Source: Octopus vulgaris (Eukaryota). From it: a DNA stretch of 64,000 bases. This document shows, one piece after another, positions 52,183 to 64,000 of this stretch (within the stretch, counting starts at the first letter, position 1; each line of letters opens with the position of its first letter). The DNA lies in the NCBI GenBank assembly GCA_951406725.2, contig OX597818.1, positions 80,352,001 through 80,416,000 on the forward strand. The letters run 5' to 3'. Both the position numbers and the translations under genes were made by a program. Under the pieces are notes generated by a model. It did not search any database. It was given only the letters and a program-made list of their open reading frames with translations, and was not told the origin of the DNA.

Positions 52183-53319
52183 CCCCTGAGCAGCATCCTT
52201 AATATTCCAAATCATTTCAGATGTTTATTGGCCCCTTGGACAGCCACATAGGCCCCCACAACACTTAGGGGTCAATACTGAACCTTTACTGACCGCTTCG
52301 CTTAGATATTAGTACATACTCGTATTGATATGGGGCTTAATCCTTCTGACAACAATTGTAAAACAAAGTGTTTGGACTAGAAAAACAACGATTCTTTCGA
52401 ATCAAATTTGAACTCTTGATACACGAATTAGTATCAGTTATATTCCGATACAGTAAACATACTAACATATCACTTTTATCGGAGATTCATAAAGTTCCAT
52501 AGACATGACGTCCCTGGCGCGTTTGTATGTAATTATACATACGTACATATATACATACATACATAATACATACATATATACATACATAATACATACATAC
52601 ATACATACATACATACATACATACATACATACATACATACATACATGCATACACACACACACACACACACATACACACGTATTCATATATAAATATATAG
52701 TATATATTCATATATATATTTATATATACACACATACACTATGTATGTATGTATGTATGTATGTAGGTAGGTAGGTATGTATGTATGAATGTATTAAGAC
52801 GTTGGCAAAGCTCCTATGTTGGATTGCAGCTCTTTTTGTTAGCTCCGATGCAATGGAAATACTTAAATAGATAACACAAAGCACAGACTTATACATAAAC
52901 ACACACACACACGCATACACACACACACACACACACACGTGTATTCACATATACAGGGGCGTGTGTACAGACGTATAGTCGTATATATTCTTCGTACACA
53001 TACAGATACGTTATGCATGTATTTTACCACGAGCGAAAGGATATAATTAAGTAGAAAACAGACGCACACGATATATATGTACACATACATACATATACAT
53101 ACACACATACATACATATACATACAACATATACATATATACAAATATACATATACAATACACACACACACACACACAGACACACACACACACATACGTAT
53201 ATATGCACGTACACACATATATATATGTATATATGTATGCATACGCACAAATATGTCTAGGTGTACGTTTAAAGCTTGTATTTTATGCACACAGATTTTA
53301 TATATATATATATATATAT

Positions 53320-53471
53320 AGGTTGCGTGGTAAGAAGCTTGCTTCCCAACCACACGGTTCCGGGTTCAGTTCCTTTGCGTGGCACCTTGGGCAAGTGCCT
53401 TCTACTATAGCTTCGTTCCGACCAAAGCCATTTGAGTGGATCGAGTGGACGGAAACTGAATGAACTCCGTC

Positions 53472-53524
<53 letters not shown>

Positions 53525-53765
53525 TATATATATACACATATACATATATATATACAGATATGTATGTATTGTTTGTCCCACCACTATCGCTTGACAACCG
53601 ATGTTGGTGTGTTTATGTCCCCATAACTTAACGATTCGGCAAAAACGAGTGATAGAATAAGTACTGGACTTACAAAGAATAAGACCTGGGTCGATCTGTT
53701 CGACTAAAGACGGTGCTCGGCAGGATGGCCACAATAAAATGACTGAAACAAGTAAAAAAATAAAA
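53320..53765 (+). mobile_element. SINE family B
   Basis: GGTAAGAAGCTTGCTTCCCAACCAC ... GACTGAAACAAGTAAAA. Confidence 0.88.
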
Positions 53766-53767
53766 TA

Positions 53768-53810
<43 letters not shown>

Positions 53811-53860
53811 TACACATACACACATATATATGTGTGTGTGTGTGTATAAGTGTGTGTGTG

Positions 53861-53903
<43 letters not shown>

Positions 53904-54347
53904 TTTATTACATAAGACACTTTGAGCTTTGGTGCCTCTTTAAATATTCTGTTATATTTACCACACATATACATTCGTATTCATGAACGTATGCGTACAC
54001 TCGGTCTGTCAGCCAGGTGCGCACACATATAAGCAGGCACATAAGCATACACGCAATCCCACCACTCCTACAACAGCTACAGTTAAGAGAATATTACATT
54101 TAATCTTTAATCTGGGATTATTGTCGTCTGCGCCTTATCTTGTTAACAGTTAATCAATCGACAACTGTTTGCGCTAATATCAATATAGTGATAGCTAAAC
54201 AGACACAAATACACACAATTAGTCAGGATGAGCACGCTTCTATGATTGTTTACAATCCTTCTGGTGTTTAGATAATGCGGGCATAGATAGAAGACCAGAG
54301 ACGGAATCAACATAAATCTGCTTGTGTGACGACATCCATCTACCTTA

Positions 54348-54401
<54 letters not shown>

Positions 54402-54457
54402 CGCCCGTCCGTCCGTCCGTCCGTCCATCTCTCCCCCTATCTCTGTATGTATGTTTG

Positions 54458-54501
<44 letters not shown>

Positions 54502-54536
54502 TATATACATACATATATGTACATACCTACATATAT

Positions 54537-54579
<43 letters not shown>

Positions 54580-55405
54580 TATATGAGCACAGGACATCCA
54601 AAAAACGTTGAACACAATGAGAAACGGAAACATAAAAACAAAAACATAGAAACGAACTTTTTTCAAACAACGAAAAAAATAGAGAAACGACACATACAAT
54701 GAATATTCCCCTTCTTCAGTTGTCCCTGTTTTATCTACTCCGCGTTTCGAAGGTAAGAACAAGACGCGACTTCGTTGAAGCAGTCCTTCCCGCAAAGCAA
54801 ATTAAATAAAATTCGGGATTTTTTGCGGTGGGTGAAAGTGATAACAAGAACAGGACAGTGGGAACAAAACATTAAAAATAAAAATAAAAAAGTAAAAACA
54901 GTAAAAGACAGAACAATGAGAACAAAGCAGTAAAAACAAACTATGAGGGTTGTTAAGCCAAGACGATGGAAAAATTATTCTGAACGTTTAAGGAGACAGC
55001 TTATGAAGAGACAGGATAAGCCCGTTTAGTCTTTGTGAAGGTAGTAGTCGGAAAGATGGATTCCCTCTCATCACGTATCAGCGACGAGATAGTCGAGGAG
55101 GAGGAGGAGTGAGAGAGAGGGAACGGTGAAGGGGAGAGGAGAAGAATAGGGAAATATATAAATATATATGGATAGATAGATAAATAGATCTATTTGTGTG
55201 AGTGAGTGTGCGTGCGCGCGTCCGATTCATATATAGGTTTGTTAATCAAAGCACGAAAATAGAACTCAAAATGTGTGTATATATATATATTTTTATTATT
55301 AATCGGCAGAAGTTACCGAGTGACTCAAGGGCCAAAAGTTTCGCACACACACAGGCACGCATATACACATAAACACACACACACACACAATATTTTTTAT
55401 AGCTA

Positions 55406-55570
55406 ACAAAGGAACAAGAAATTAAATAATGGACTTCATTAGCTTACAGCTGTTTCTGCTACTAGATGCAACGTACTCATAACCGAGTTTTTGCGTTTCA
55501 CATCATAGCTTCGTCGGAGTTATGAGTGCATTGCAAAGGAAGTTCATTACATAATATCTTGTTCCCTTGT
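55406..55570 (-). ncRNA. long foldback enclosing hammerhead-like motifs
   Basis: 32-nt outer arms (27 matching); inner type I fold with CCGACGA and GAAA cores; extra GAAACAGCTGTA half-site. Confidence 0.6.
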
Positions 55571-56234
55571 CATTTATTTCTTATTATTGCTCTGTACTCG
55601 ACTTATCCTTTTGTTTTTGAAGCATATTTATATTAAGTACCGACACCAGGTTATTAGTATCGATATGCCTAAATGATTGTACTTACTCTAGAAAAGATCA
55701 GGTGAAGGCATACATGCGCACATGTGTATGTGTGTTTGTGTCTGTATGTGTGCGTGTGTGTGTGCGCGTTTGTGAGTGTTTGTGTGTGCATGTACAAATA
55801 TCTTTATTCACATATCTGTAAAAATGTCTATTTGATGAATGGTGTTGTTTATATCTTTCCTGATGAGATTGATGCACAGCCGACCATAATTCTTCCTGTC
55901 AGGCGTATTTTATCTGCAGAGACTGATGCAGTGGAATGACCAAGATGTCTTATCTCATCTTGCTTTCTACATTTCACAATGCATTATTACAGCCGCCTTC
56001 CCTTCCGTTGAACCATGAAGGTTTCTTCTGCACAGTCCGCCGGAACCAATCATCAATGCATAAATAGGCAAGCCCTAATACGCCAATCAAGCCGCAGAAG
56101 GGATCCTGACAGGAACTGCTATTCCAAATGAGAGGAGACCTGCAAACAATATTGGATAAGAAGTGTTCCACCCGACCTCAAACCCTGGAACTCTCGAACC
56201 GGGACTTCACTGCCAGATGCACTACTAGGACATG

Positions 56235-56403
56235 AGGCTTGCTTCCCACCGACATGGTTCAAGGTTCAGTCCTACAGCGTAGCACTTTGGGCAAGTGTCT
56301 TCTACTATAGCCTCAGGCGCCGACCAAAGCCTTGTCAGTGGATTTGGTATGCAGAAACTGAAAAAAGCCCGTCGAATATATATATATATATTCGACGGGC
56401 TTT

Positions 56404-56408
<5 letters not shown>
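56235..56408 (+). mobile_element. SINE family B 5' half ending in a snap-back palindrome
   Basis: Family B head motifs; palindrome 56359-56408. Confidence 0.85.
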
Positions 56409-56461
<53 letters not shown>

Positions 56462-56822
56462 TGACCGGATAACTGAAGAAATGGCGGCGTGGGATTCCGC
56501 CTCGACATCCGAAACTCGGAGTTTTATCATGCCTGCCGAATAATTGTCACGTATTATATTTACTGATATATATACGTGTGTGTGTGTTTGTAAGAAATAT
56601 ATTTTACTTTGTATTGTATAGTTTTATTAAATATTACGATATTTTATCAACATTCCGAAAGTGCATCATAAATTTCAAGTTCACTTTGGATGTTTAAAAT
56701 TTTATTTATTTATTGCTTCCAATTCGAACGTGCACGTATGGATACTCATCACAATATAGACGCATTGGAACTATACCCACCAAACATTAGACACGTATAT
56801 TTATGGTGGTTGTTGACCCGAA

Positions 56823-57275
56823 GACGAACATGACCATCGCAGACAAATATTCTTATTTTAGAGGATAAAGACAATGGCTGTTAGCAATGGTCGTGCTGAA
56901 ATTTAAAATCAATAACGACTTGCACAGTATTGCTAAGACTCACACCTATAAAGCCAAATGGTCCAGACACAAGCGAGAGCAAGATCTGCTTCGCAATGAA
57001 GTGGATGTTAATTCTGAATTTCCTTTTTCTGGAGAGATGGCTAAACAAAGACTAGGGATCTCCCGCTTCCAGCTGTTAAGTGGCCGTTGGCTCTACTGAG
57101 TTCATCCCTCTTTTGACACGTTTTGTTTTCGTCCTGTAGGGTACCCACCAAAAACTACTCTCGTTACTAAGCGGGCTACGTAGGGTGGACAATTTTAGTT
57201 GCCGACGGTCTGACCATGCGATAGTTTGTACTGGGTTACACGATACCAATAACACTAGAGGTGACTACCTGACAT
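56823..57275 (-). mobile_element. second copy of the 34790-35241 element
   Basis: Colinear similarity. Confidence 0.65.
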
Positions 57276-57339
57276 AGCATGTGTATGTGTGCGTGTGTGC
57301 GTTTGTGCATGTGTGTATGTGAATGTGTGCGTGTGTGTG

Positions 57340-57690
57340 TCTTTTATCTTTTATTAGTAGTTTCAGTCATTTGACTGCGGCCATGCTGGGGTACCACCTT
57401 GGAGGGTTTTAGTCAAGAAATCGAGCCCAGGACTTATCTTTTAAGCCTAGTACTTATTCTACCAGCCCCTTTTGCGGAACCGCTAGGGGACATAAACACA
57501 CCAACACCAGTTGTCAAGACACACACAGACATTTCAGATTCTTTTAGTTTCCGTCTACCAAATACAACCAGATGGCTCAAATCGGCCCGAGGCTGTAGTA
57601 GAAGACTAAGGTGCCACGCAGTGGGACTAAACCTGGAACCATGTGGTTGGGAAGCAAGCTTCTTACCACATAATCACACCTGCCCACATA
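57340..57690 (-). mobile_element. SINE family B
   Basis: TTTCAGTCATTTGACTGCGGCCATGCTGG ... GCAAGCTTCTTACCACA. Confidence 0.85.
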
Positions 57691-58087
57691 CTCAAAATGT
57701 ATACCCGTACATATAAAAACATAGTTATATGTAAACTCAATGTCACCACTATCAAATAAAGACTAAATTTCAAGAGAACCAACAGTCGTGAAGAACTCAT
57801 CGAAAATTTTACAGACGCGTATCGAGAGACCTATTAGCAGATTAATAAATTAATAAAGAATTGTTGTACCGCCACAGCAAAAAAACCCTCTTCAAATTAT
57901 TATTGACGGTAAATCGTTGAGAACGAGTAGCTCATAAAACCTTTGGATATCTTTCGCACCATGTCTTTTGCAGCATACCTGCACAAGTGTGTTTCCCATA
58001 AATTTGTTTCCTTATAGAAAAAAAATGGTTAGTTTTTAACCTAATTTTCTACAAATTCAGATTTTTACCGCAAAGACACACGCATAG

Positions 58088-58173
<86 letters not shown>

Positions 58174-58348
58174 ATGTGTGTGTGTGTGTGTGTTTGTGTA
58201 TACATATATATATATATAGAAAACAAAGTTATTTTATTCTACACGGATAGAAATAAAGGAAAAAGGTAAGTGCTTTATCAACTTCTATCTTTCCTGCACA
58301 CACACACATACACACAAACACACTCAAACATATGCGTTTGTGTGTTTG

Positions 58349-58393
<45 letters not shown>

Positions 58394-58769
58394 GTCCGGC
58401 ATCTTTCAGTTTCCGTCTACCAAATCCACTCACAAGGCTTTGGTCGGCTCAAGGTTATATATCGGAAATTACTGTTAAAAACTATTGCACGCATACACAC
58501 TGACACACATCACATATACATCTATAACATGAATCTTGAAATTTTGGAGAAAATTATGTGACGTTTCTCATTATGTATGAGTGTACGTCTACCAATTTTT
58601 CGTTTTTACATTAAATTCCGATATAATCGCAATCTATACCATCTGAAAGTTATTTGTAGAAAATTTCATTAAAAAATACCGAGTCATGCAGAAGCAAAAT
58701 CGACACTTGTGACACTTGTGACACTTGTGAATTATCCAAAACTCCTCCCCGCATCCCACCAAAAATATT

Positions 58770-59190
58770 TTTATTCTTTTATTTTAGCCATTTGACTGTA
58801 GTTATGCTGGAGCACCGCCTTTAGTCGAACAAATCGATCCAAGGCTTTTCTTTGTAAGCCCAGTACTTATTCTATCACTCTCTTTTGCCGAATCGCTAAG
58901 TTACGGGGACCTAAACAGACCAACATCGGTTGTCAAACGATGGTTGGGGACAACACAGACACACAAGCATAAACACACACACACACACATACACACACAC
59001 ATACACACACATACACACACATATATACACGGCTTCTTTTAGTTTCCGCCTAACAAATTCACTCGCAAAGCTTTGGTCGGCTCGAGGCTTTAGTAGAAGA
59101 CACTTGCTCAAGTTGCCACGTAGTGGGATTGAACCTGGAACCATGTGGTTGGTAAGCAAGCTACTTACTACACAGCCACTCCTGCGCCTA
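58770..59190 (-). mobile_element. SINE family B, full length
   Basis: Ends CACAGCCACTCCTGCGCC (reverse head). Confidence 0.9.
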
Positions 59191-59228
59191 TAGCTACACC
59201 TGCACCTATATATATATATATGTATGTA

Positions 59229-59300
<72 letters not shown>

Positions 59301-60515
59301 TGTATATATTCCGTCGAGTCATAGGACTCACAAGGCCATTAACCGGTTTCCTTGGCGCATGTGACCGAGATTACATTTTCTCAGGAGGGAACGCCGGGCG
59401 TTGCAGGGTTAAAAGCCAAGAATTTAAAGGAGATATAAGAAGTCGAGTAAATCACCCCCATTACTTGACTGATACTTATTTCATCGGAACCCCCGCGCCA
59501 CAAAGAATAAAAGGCAAAGTTGACCTTGATGTATTAGAACTCAGAAAGTAAAACTCCGGAAAAAATACTGCTAAGCATTTTGTTCGACGCGCTAACGAGT
59601 CTGCGAACTCGCCGCCGAGCTTCTTACATCTAGTATACACTTAAATTGGCCGTTTAATTAATAGTTTAATCTCAATCAACCCTGATCAAGCAGATCAGGT
59701 CAAAAATGTCGCTTACACGGCCGATCATATCGAATATCTAAAACTACATCATCCAGTAGTGTAGTTCGGGGTTGCAGGTGGAGATTTGGTTGTTGTATCT
59801 AGCAAGTCGAGTTGCGATAGAGAAGTACACTTTTAAGCTCCTCTGACTTGTGCTGAATAGTGTGAAAATTACGAAAAACTTCCAATACGAAAAACTAGGT
59901 GTACACGGAGAATTCACTGTTGTTACTGTCTAAACTGTGTTTGTTGCTTCAAAGTGAATAGAGAGGAAGGAATGAGGGAAGGAAGGAAGGATGGAAGTGA
60001 CAAGAGGAGGCATAAAAGCGGTGCGAAAAATCTTAGCATCTTGAAAGGATTTCCGTCGTAAGAGAGAAAGCTTTGATCACTGAACTGTAGTAATGAAACT
60101 GCATGAGGACATAGCACAGCGTTAGCACGCGCACATACGCACATATACACACATACATAATACACTACAATATCAAAAGGGTGCCGCAAATCTCTCTATA
60201 TATGTACATACACGTACACACATAAACATACACACATATACACATGTAGTATAAATTTAATATATATTATATATTGTAGATATATACTGTCCAATAGATT
60301 TATGCATACATAACCCCACCCCATATATATATAGATGTAGTGTAAATTTAATACATATATATATTGCAGTTATATATTGTCGAATAGATTTATTCACACG
60401 TATACCTCGTGTATGATATATCTATATTAGTATAATTATCATATGTGTATGCATACAAACAAAAAATGAGCGTGTGTGTGCGTGCGTGTGTGTGCGTGCG
60501 TGTGTGTGTGCGTGC

Positions 60516-60570
<55 letters not shown>

Positions 60571-60954
60571 ATAAGCGGCGAACTGGGAAAAAACGTTTCA
60601 AAAACCGAACGGCTTTTCGGTATTTGGTCTGGCTCTCTGTTGCGTGACTTCGATTTGATGATAAATTGTGAGTTCAAACCAAGGCTAACATCAACTTTGC
60701 CTTTTGGGGGCTCGATAAAAGAAAGGTTCTCGAGTGTGTTTAGTGCAAGAGTTCAAGCTCTCGGAATCATTTTGAACCGGGATTCCGGTTTCGGGATATC
60801 TTTCGCGCTTCTTTTTACTAATCTCGGCGTTCCTCTTAAGGAATAAAATAACCACGGCTAATCTCCTTCCCTCCTCGAATAAAATTGTATGTATGTATGT
60901 ATGTATGTATGTATGTATGTATGTATGTATGTGTGTGTGTGTATGTGTGTATGT

Positions 60955-61012
<58 letters not shown>

Positions 61013-61933
61013 ATGTATGTATGTATGTATGTATGTATGTATGTATGTATGTATGTATGTATGTATGTATGTATGTATGTATTATGTATGTATGTATGTA
61101 TGTATGTATGTATGTATGTATTATGTATATGTAAATGTAAAAAAATACAAACTGGGACAAGAACGTGAAACATTTAGAAGACGATACAAAAAACACGGAT
61201 GGGACATTCGAAGCCTTCAATCTTCAGTCAAGAACCGGATCATCTTCGCAATTTCGGCTGATTAATCTTGAGATTGCTCCGATCTGGCCAGCCCCAAAGG
61301 AAAATCTAAGCCAAGCGCATTAGATTCCTTGGAAGAAAGCTTCGAATGTATACAAAACAAGGACGGAAAAACGGACGATGTTACACGAATAAAAATACAA
61401 AAATACGTAAAAACAATAATGATAGCACGAATAAGAATACAAAAATACGTAAAAACAATAATGATAATAATAATAACAAAAACAGGACGTCACAGACAAG
61501 CGTCTTTTCGACAGGACGAGTAAATTTTTGAGCTGGCGTTTGAAGAAAGCCTTAGGGCTACAGAGAGACAAAAAAGTGTGTCTTGCCGCAACGGCTGCTG
61601 GACACGAAAGGCCAGCAATCAGTGGCTAGTCACGTGAGGGAAAGAGAGATGAAAAGAGGGACAGATGAAGAGAGGAAGAAGGGGAACAAGGAACAAAGGA
61701 GGAGGAGAAGAGGAGAGAGAGAGAGAGAGTGAGAGAGAGAGAGAAAGAGACAGATCAAGTGGAGTGCAAAGTGTGAAAGGCAGAGAAATGTAGGAGAGGG
61801 GGGAGAGAGACAGTGTTGTAGAGTCGTACCATGTGTTAAAGAATATATACTTACGTATATCTATCTATATATCAATCTATCTTTCTTTCTTTCGTCTTTC
61901 TCTTTTCTGTCTGTCTGTTTGTCTATCTATCAC

Positions 61934-62000
<67 letters not shown>

Positions 62001-62159
62001 GTCTATCTATCTATTTGTCTGCCTGCCTGCCTGTCAGTATGTATGTATGTATGTATGTATGTATGTATGTATGTATGTATGTATGTATGTATGTATGTAT
62101 GTATGTATGTATGTATGTATGTATGCATGTATGTATGTATGTATGAACATACGTACGTA

Positions 62160-62828
62160 CGAGGGTGGGCTGAAAAGTTCATTGACTGATTATGAAGGAG
62201 TGATGCTAGAGCTGTGAAATTCTGCATGCATTAATTTCAACACTTCTTATTGATAACTGCATTATCTCTTTCCAGGTAAACTGACATCTGACGGTCCAAA
62301 GAACAATTCATTAGTAACTAGTAGCTGCTTTTCTTGAAAATCGACAAAATTTGGTATCGTGGTGTTATCCTGCAGGAAAAGGGTTTAGCCTCCAAGGACA
62401 TTCATGGTGACATGGTTGCTACATTAGGAGATGATGCTCCGGTTTTATCAACAATGCAAAAATGGGTAGCTGAATTTACGAGGGTAAGTGGATATCTTGA
62501 AGATCGCCCAAAGTTTGGACGTCCTACAACTCCAACCAGCGAGGAAAACATTGATCGCGATCGCCAATAAATCATCTACCATCGGTTCCCCTACATGAAA
62601 AAGCATTTGGCTGGGAAGCAGTATAGCAATGATGATGACGTCAAATCTACTTCTGAAGGCTATTTTGACCAACGGGATTAAAGCTTCTTCACCAACAGGA
62701 TCCAGTCATTGAAACACCGACGGAAGAAATGAGTGGACGGTAAGGGAGAGTATGTTGAAAAATAAACCTCATTTGGTCACATTCCATGAGAGTATTTTGG
62801 TCAGCCTATAAACTTCAGCCATCTTTCG
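62160..62828 (+). mobile_element. internally deleted mariner element
   Basis: TA|CGAGGGTGGGCTGAAAAGTT left ITR, decayed right ITR; N-terminus (IHGDMVATLGDDAP..KWVAEF..LEDRPKFGRP) joined to C-terminus (YHRFPYMKKHLAGKQY..GEYVEK*). Confidence 0.9.
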
Positions 62829-62924
62829 TCTGTCTGTCTGTCTGTATGTTTCTATGTATATACATTCACTGAAAAGTAGTTTTTCAACCCAATATTTATA
62901 CATTATTATTTTTAGCTTTGTGAA

Positions 62925-63232
62925 TGTGCAATGGCCCAGTGGCTAGGGCAGTGGACTCGCGGTTGTAGGATCGCGGTTTCGATTCCCAGACTGGGCATTG
63001 TGAGTGTTTATTGAGCGAAAACACCTAAAAGCTCCACGAGCCTCCGGCAGGGGGTGGTGGTGATCCCTGCTGTACTCTTTCGCCACAACTTTCTCTCGTT
63101 CTTTCTTCTGTTGGCCTGCTCGCTTAGCCAGCGGGGTGGCGTCATTTGAAGGCTAAAACAATGCGAAGCGCATTATGACCAGCGATGTGTTGCAACATCT
63201 GATAGCCTAGTCGGTCACGGTGATCACGGTGA
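62925..63232 (+). mobile_element. tRNA-derived SINE, head H2 plus tail T3
   Basis: Head matches 31493-31680; tail matches 50200-50320. Confidence 0.85.
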
Positions 63233-63685
63233 TTTTTAGCTTTATCTACTTCGAGGTCCATCATTAAAAACAAATTCTTGCATGTCTCTCGGAGTTTCTA
63301 AATTCTAATTATTAAAGCATGTAATTTTTAAACAAATATTTTAAGCGTTTTCTTGCATGGCTATGAAACGTAAACTTCATATACAAAAATTGCCTATCAG
63401 TAGAAACGATTTTAGCAATAATGTCTGGCAAATTTTACACATATATTGGGGTGACTATGTGAGTAATAATGTTAAAGTTTTGGAGTTGGCAAATGCTGAA
63501 GGCATAGAAGTTACCTAACGACAAAACAGACTGAGAATGATACATTTCGCATAAAGGATGAGAAAATGTCAAGGTATTACTCTATAGAGAGCTATGTTGT
63601 AGGAAATGACGTTGTTTTACAAAACGAGGTTAAGATACAAAGACGGACTTTAATGTGATATTAAACATAAATAATATTAATAATA

Positions 63686-63776
<91 letters not shown>

Positions 63777-63801
63777 CGACGATGACGATGATGATGATGA
63801 T

Positions 63802-64000
63802 GAAGCACACTCCAGAAAAGGTCACAGAAAATGGGAAAGCAACCATACTCTGGGATATGTCAATACACACAGATAGAGAAATTAAAAGGCCAACAGACAG
63901 GATATAGTTGTCAGAGATCACCGAGAAAAAAAATTGCTTTCTAATCAATGTATCAATACCAACAGTATTTCTCTAAAAGAAATGGAGAAACTTTCAAAAT
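63802..64000 (+). mobile_element. R4/Dong-type LINE RLE fragment, runs off window
   Basis: KHTPEKVTENGKATILWDMSIHTDREIK..DIVV..SLKEMEKLSK; starts immediately after (TGA)n. Confidence 0.85.

Noticed and set aside
55820-56230. Possible LINE linker region on the minus strand (..RTVQKKPSWFN..CNNAL)
   Set aside because: Only a weak resemblance, not assignable without a search

Overview
AT-rich eukaryotic intergenic or intronic DNA made almost entirely of microsatellites and decayed transposons. The SINE families present look like those of octopus (coleoid cephalopod) genomes; this is recognition from memory, not a search result. I find no convincing intact host gene, and most ORF-track entries are microsatellite translations. 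Identifiable parts: three groups of tRNA-derived SINEs (dozens of copies); LINE remnants (zinc-knuckle ORF1, R4/Dong-type RT and endonuclease ends, RTE-type RT, CR1-type C-terminus); two mariner transposase remnants; hAT, Tc2 and mariner MITEs; several non-autonomous Helitrons. Most interesting observations: (1) hammerhead-ribozyme-like folds of the Penelope type, two with a CCGANGA core variant, one nested in a ~165-nt foldback; (2) a ~2-kb composite Helitron, present twice, carrying a mariner fragment; (3) a ~556-bp non-coding element sitting in (TAA)n tracts; (4) local templated-insertion and (TA)n snap-back signatures; (5) a candidate YY1/ETS promoter island near 13.6 kb. Boundaries of decayed repeats are approximate.
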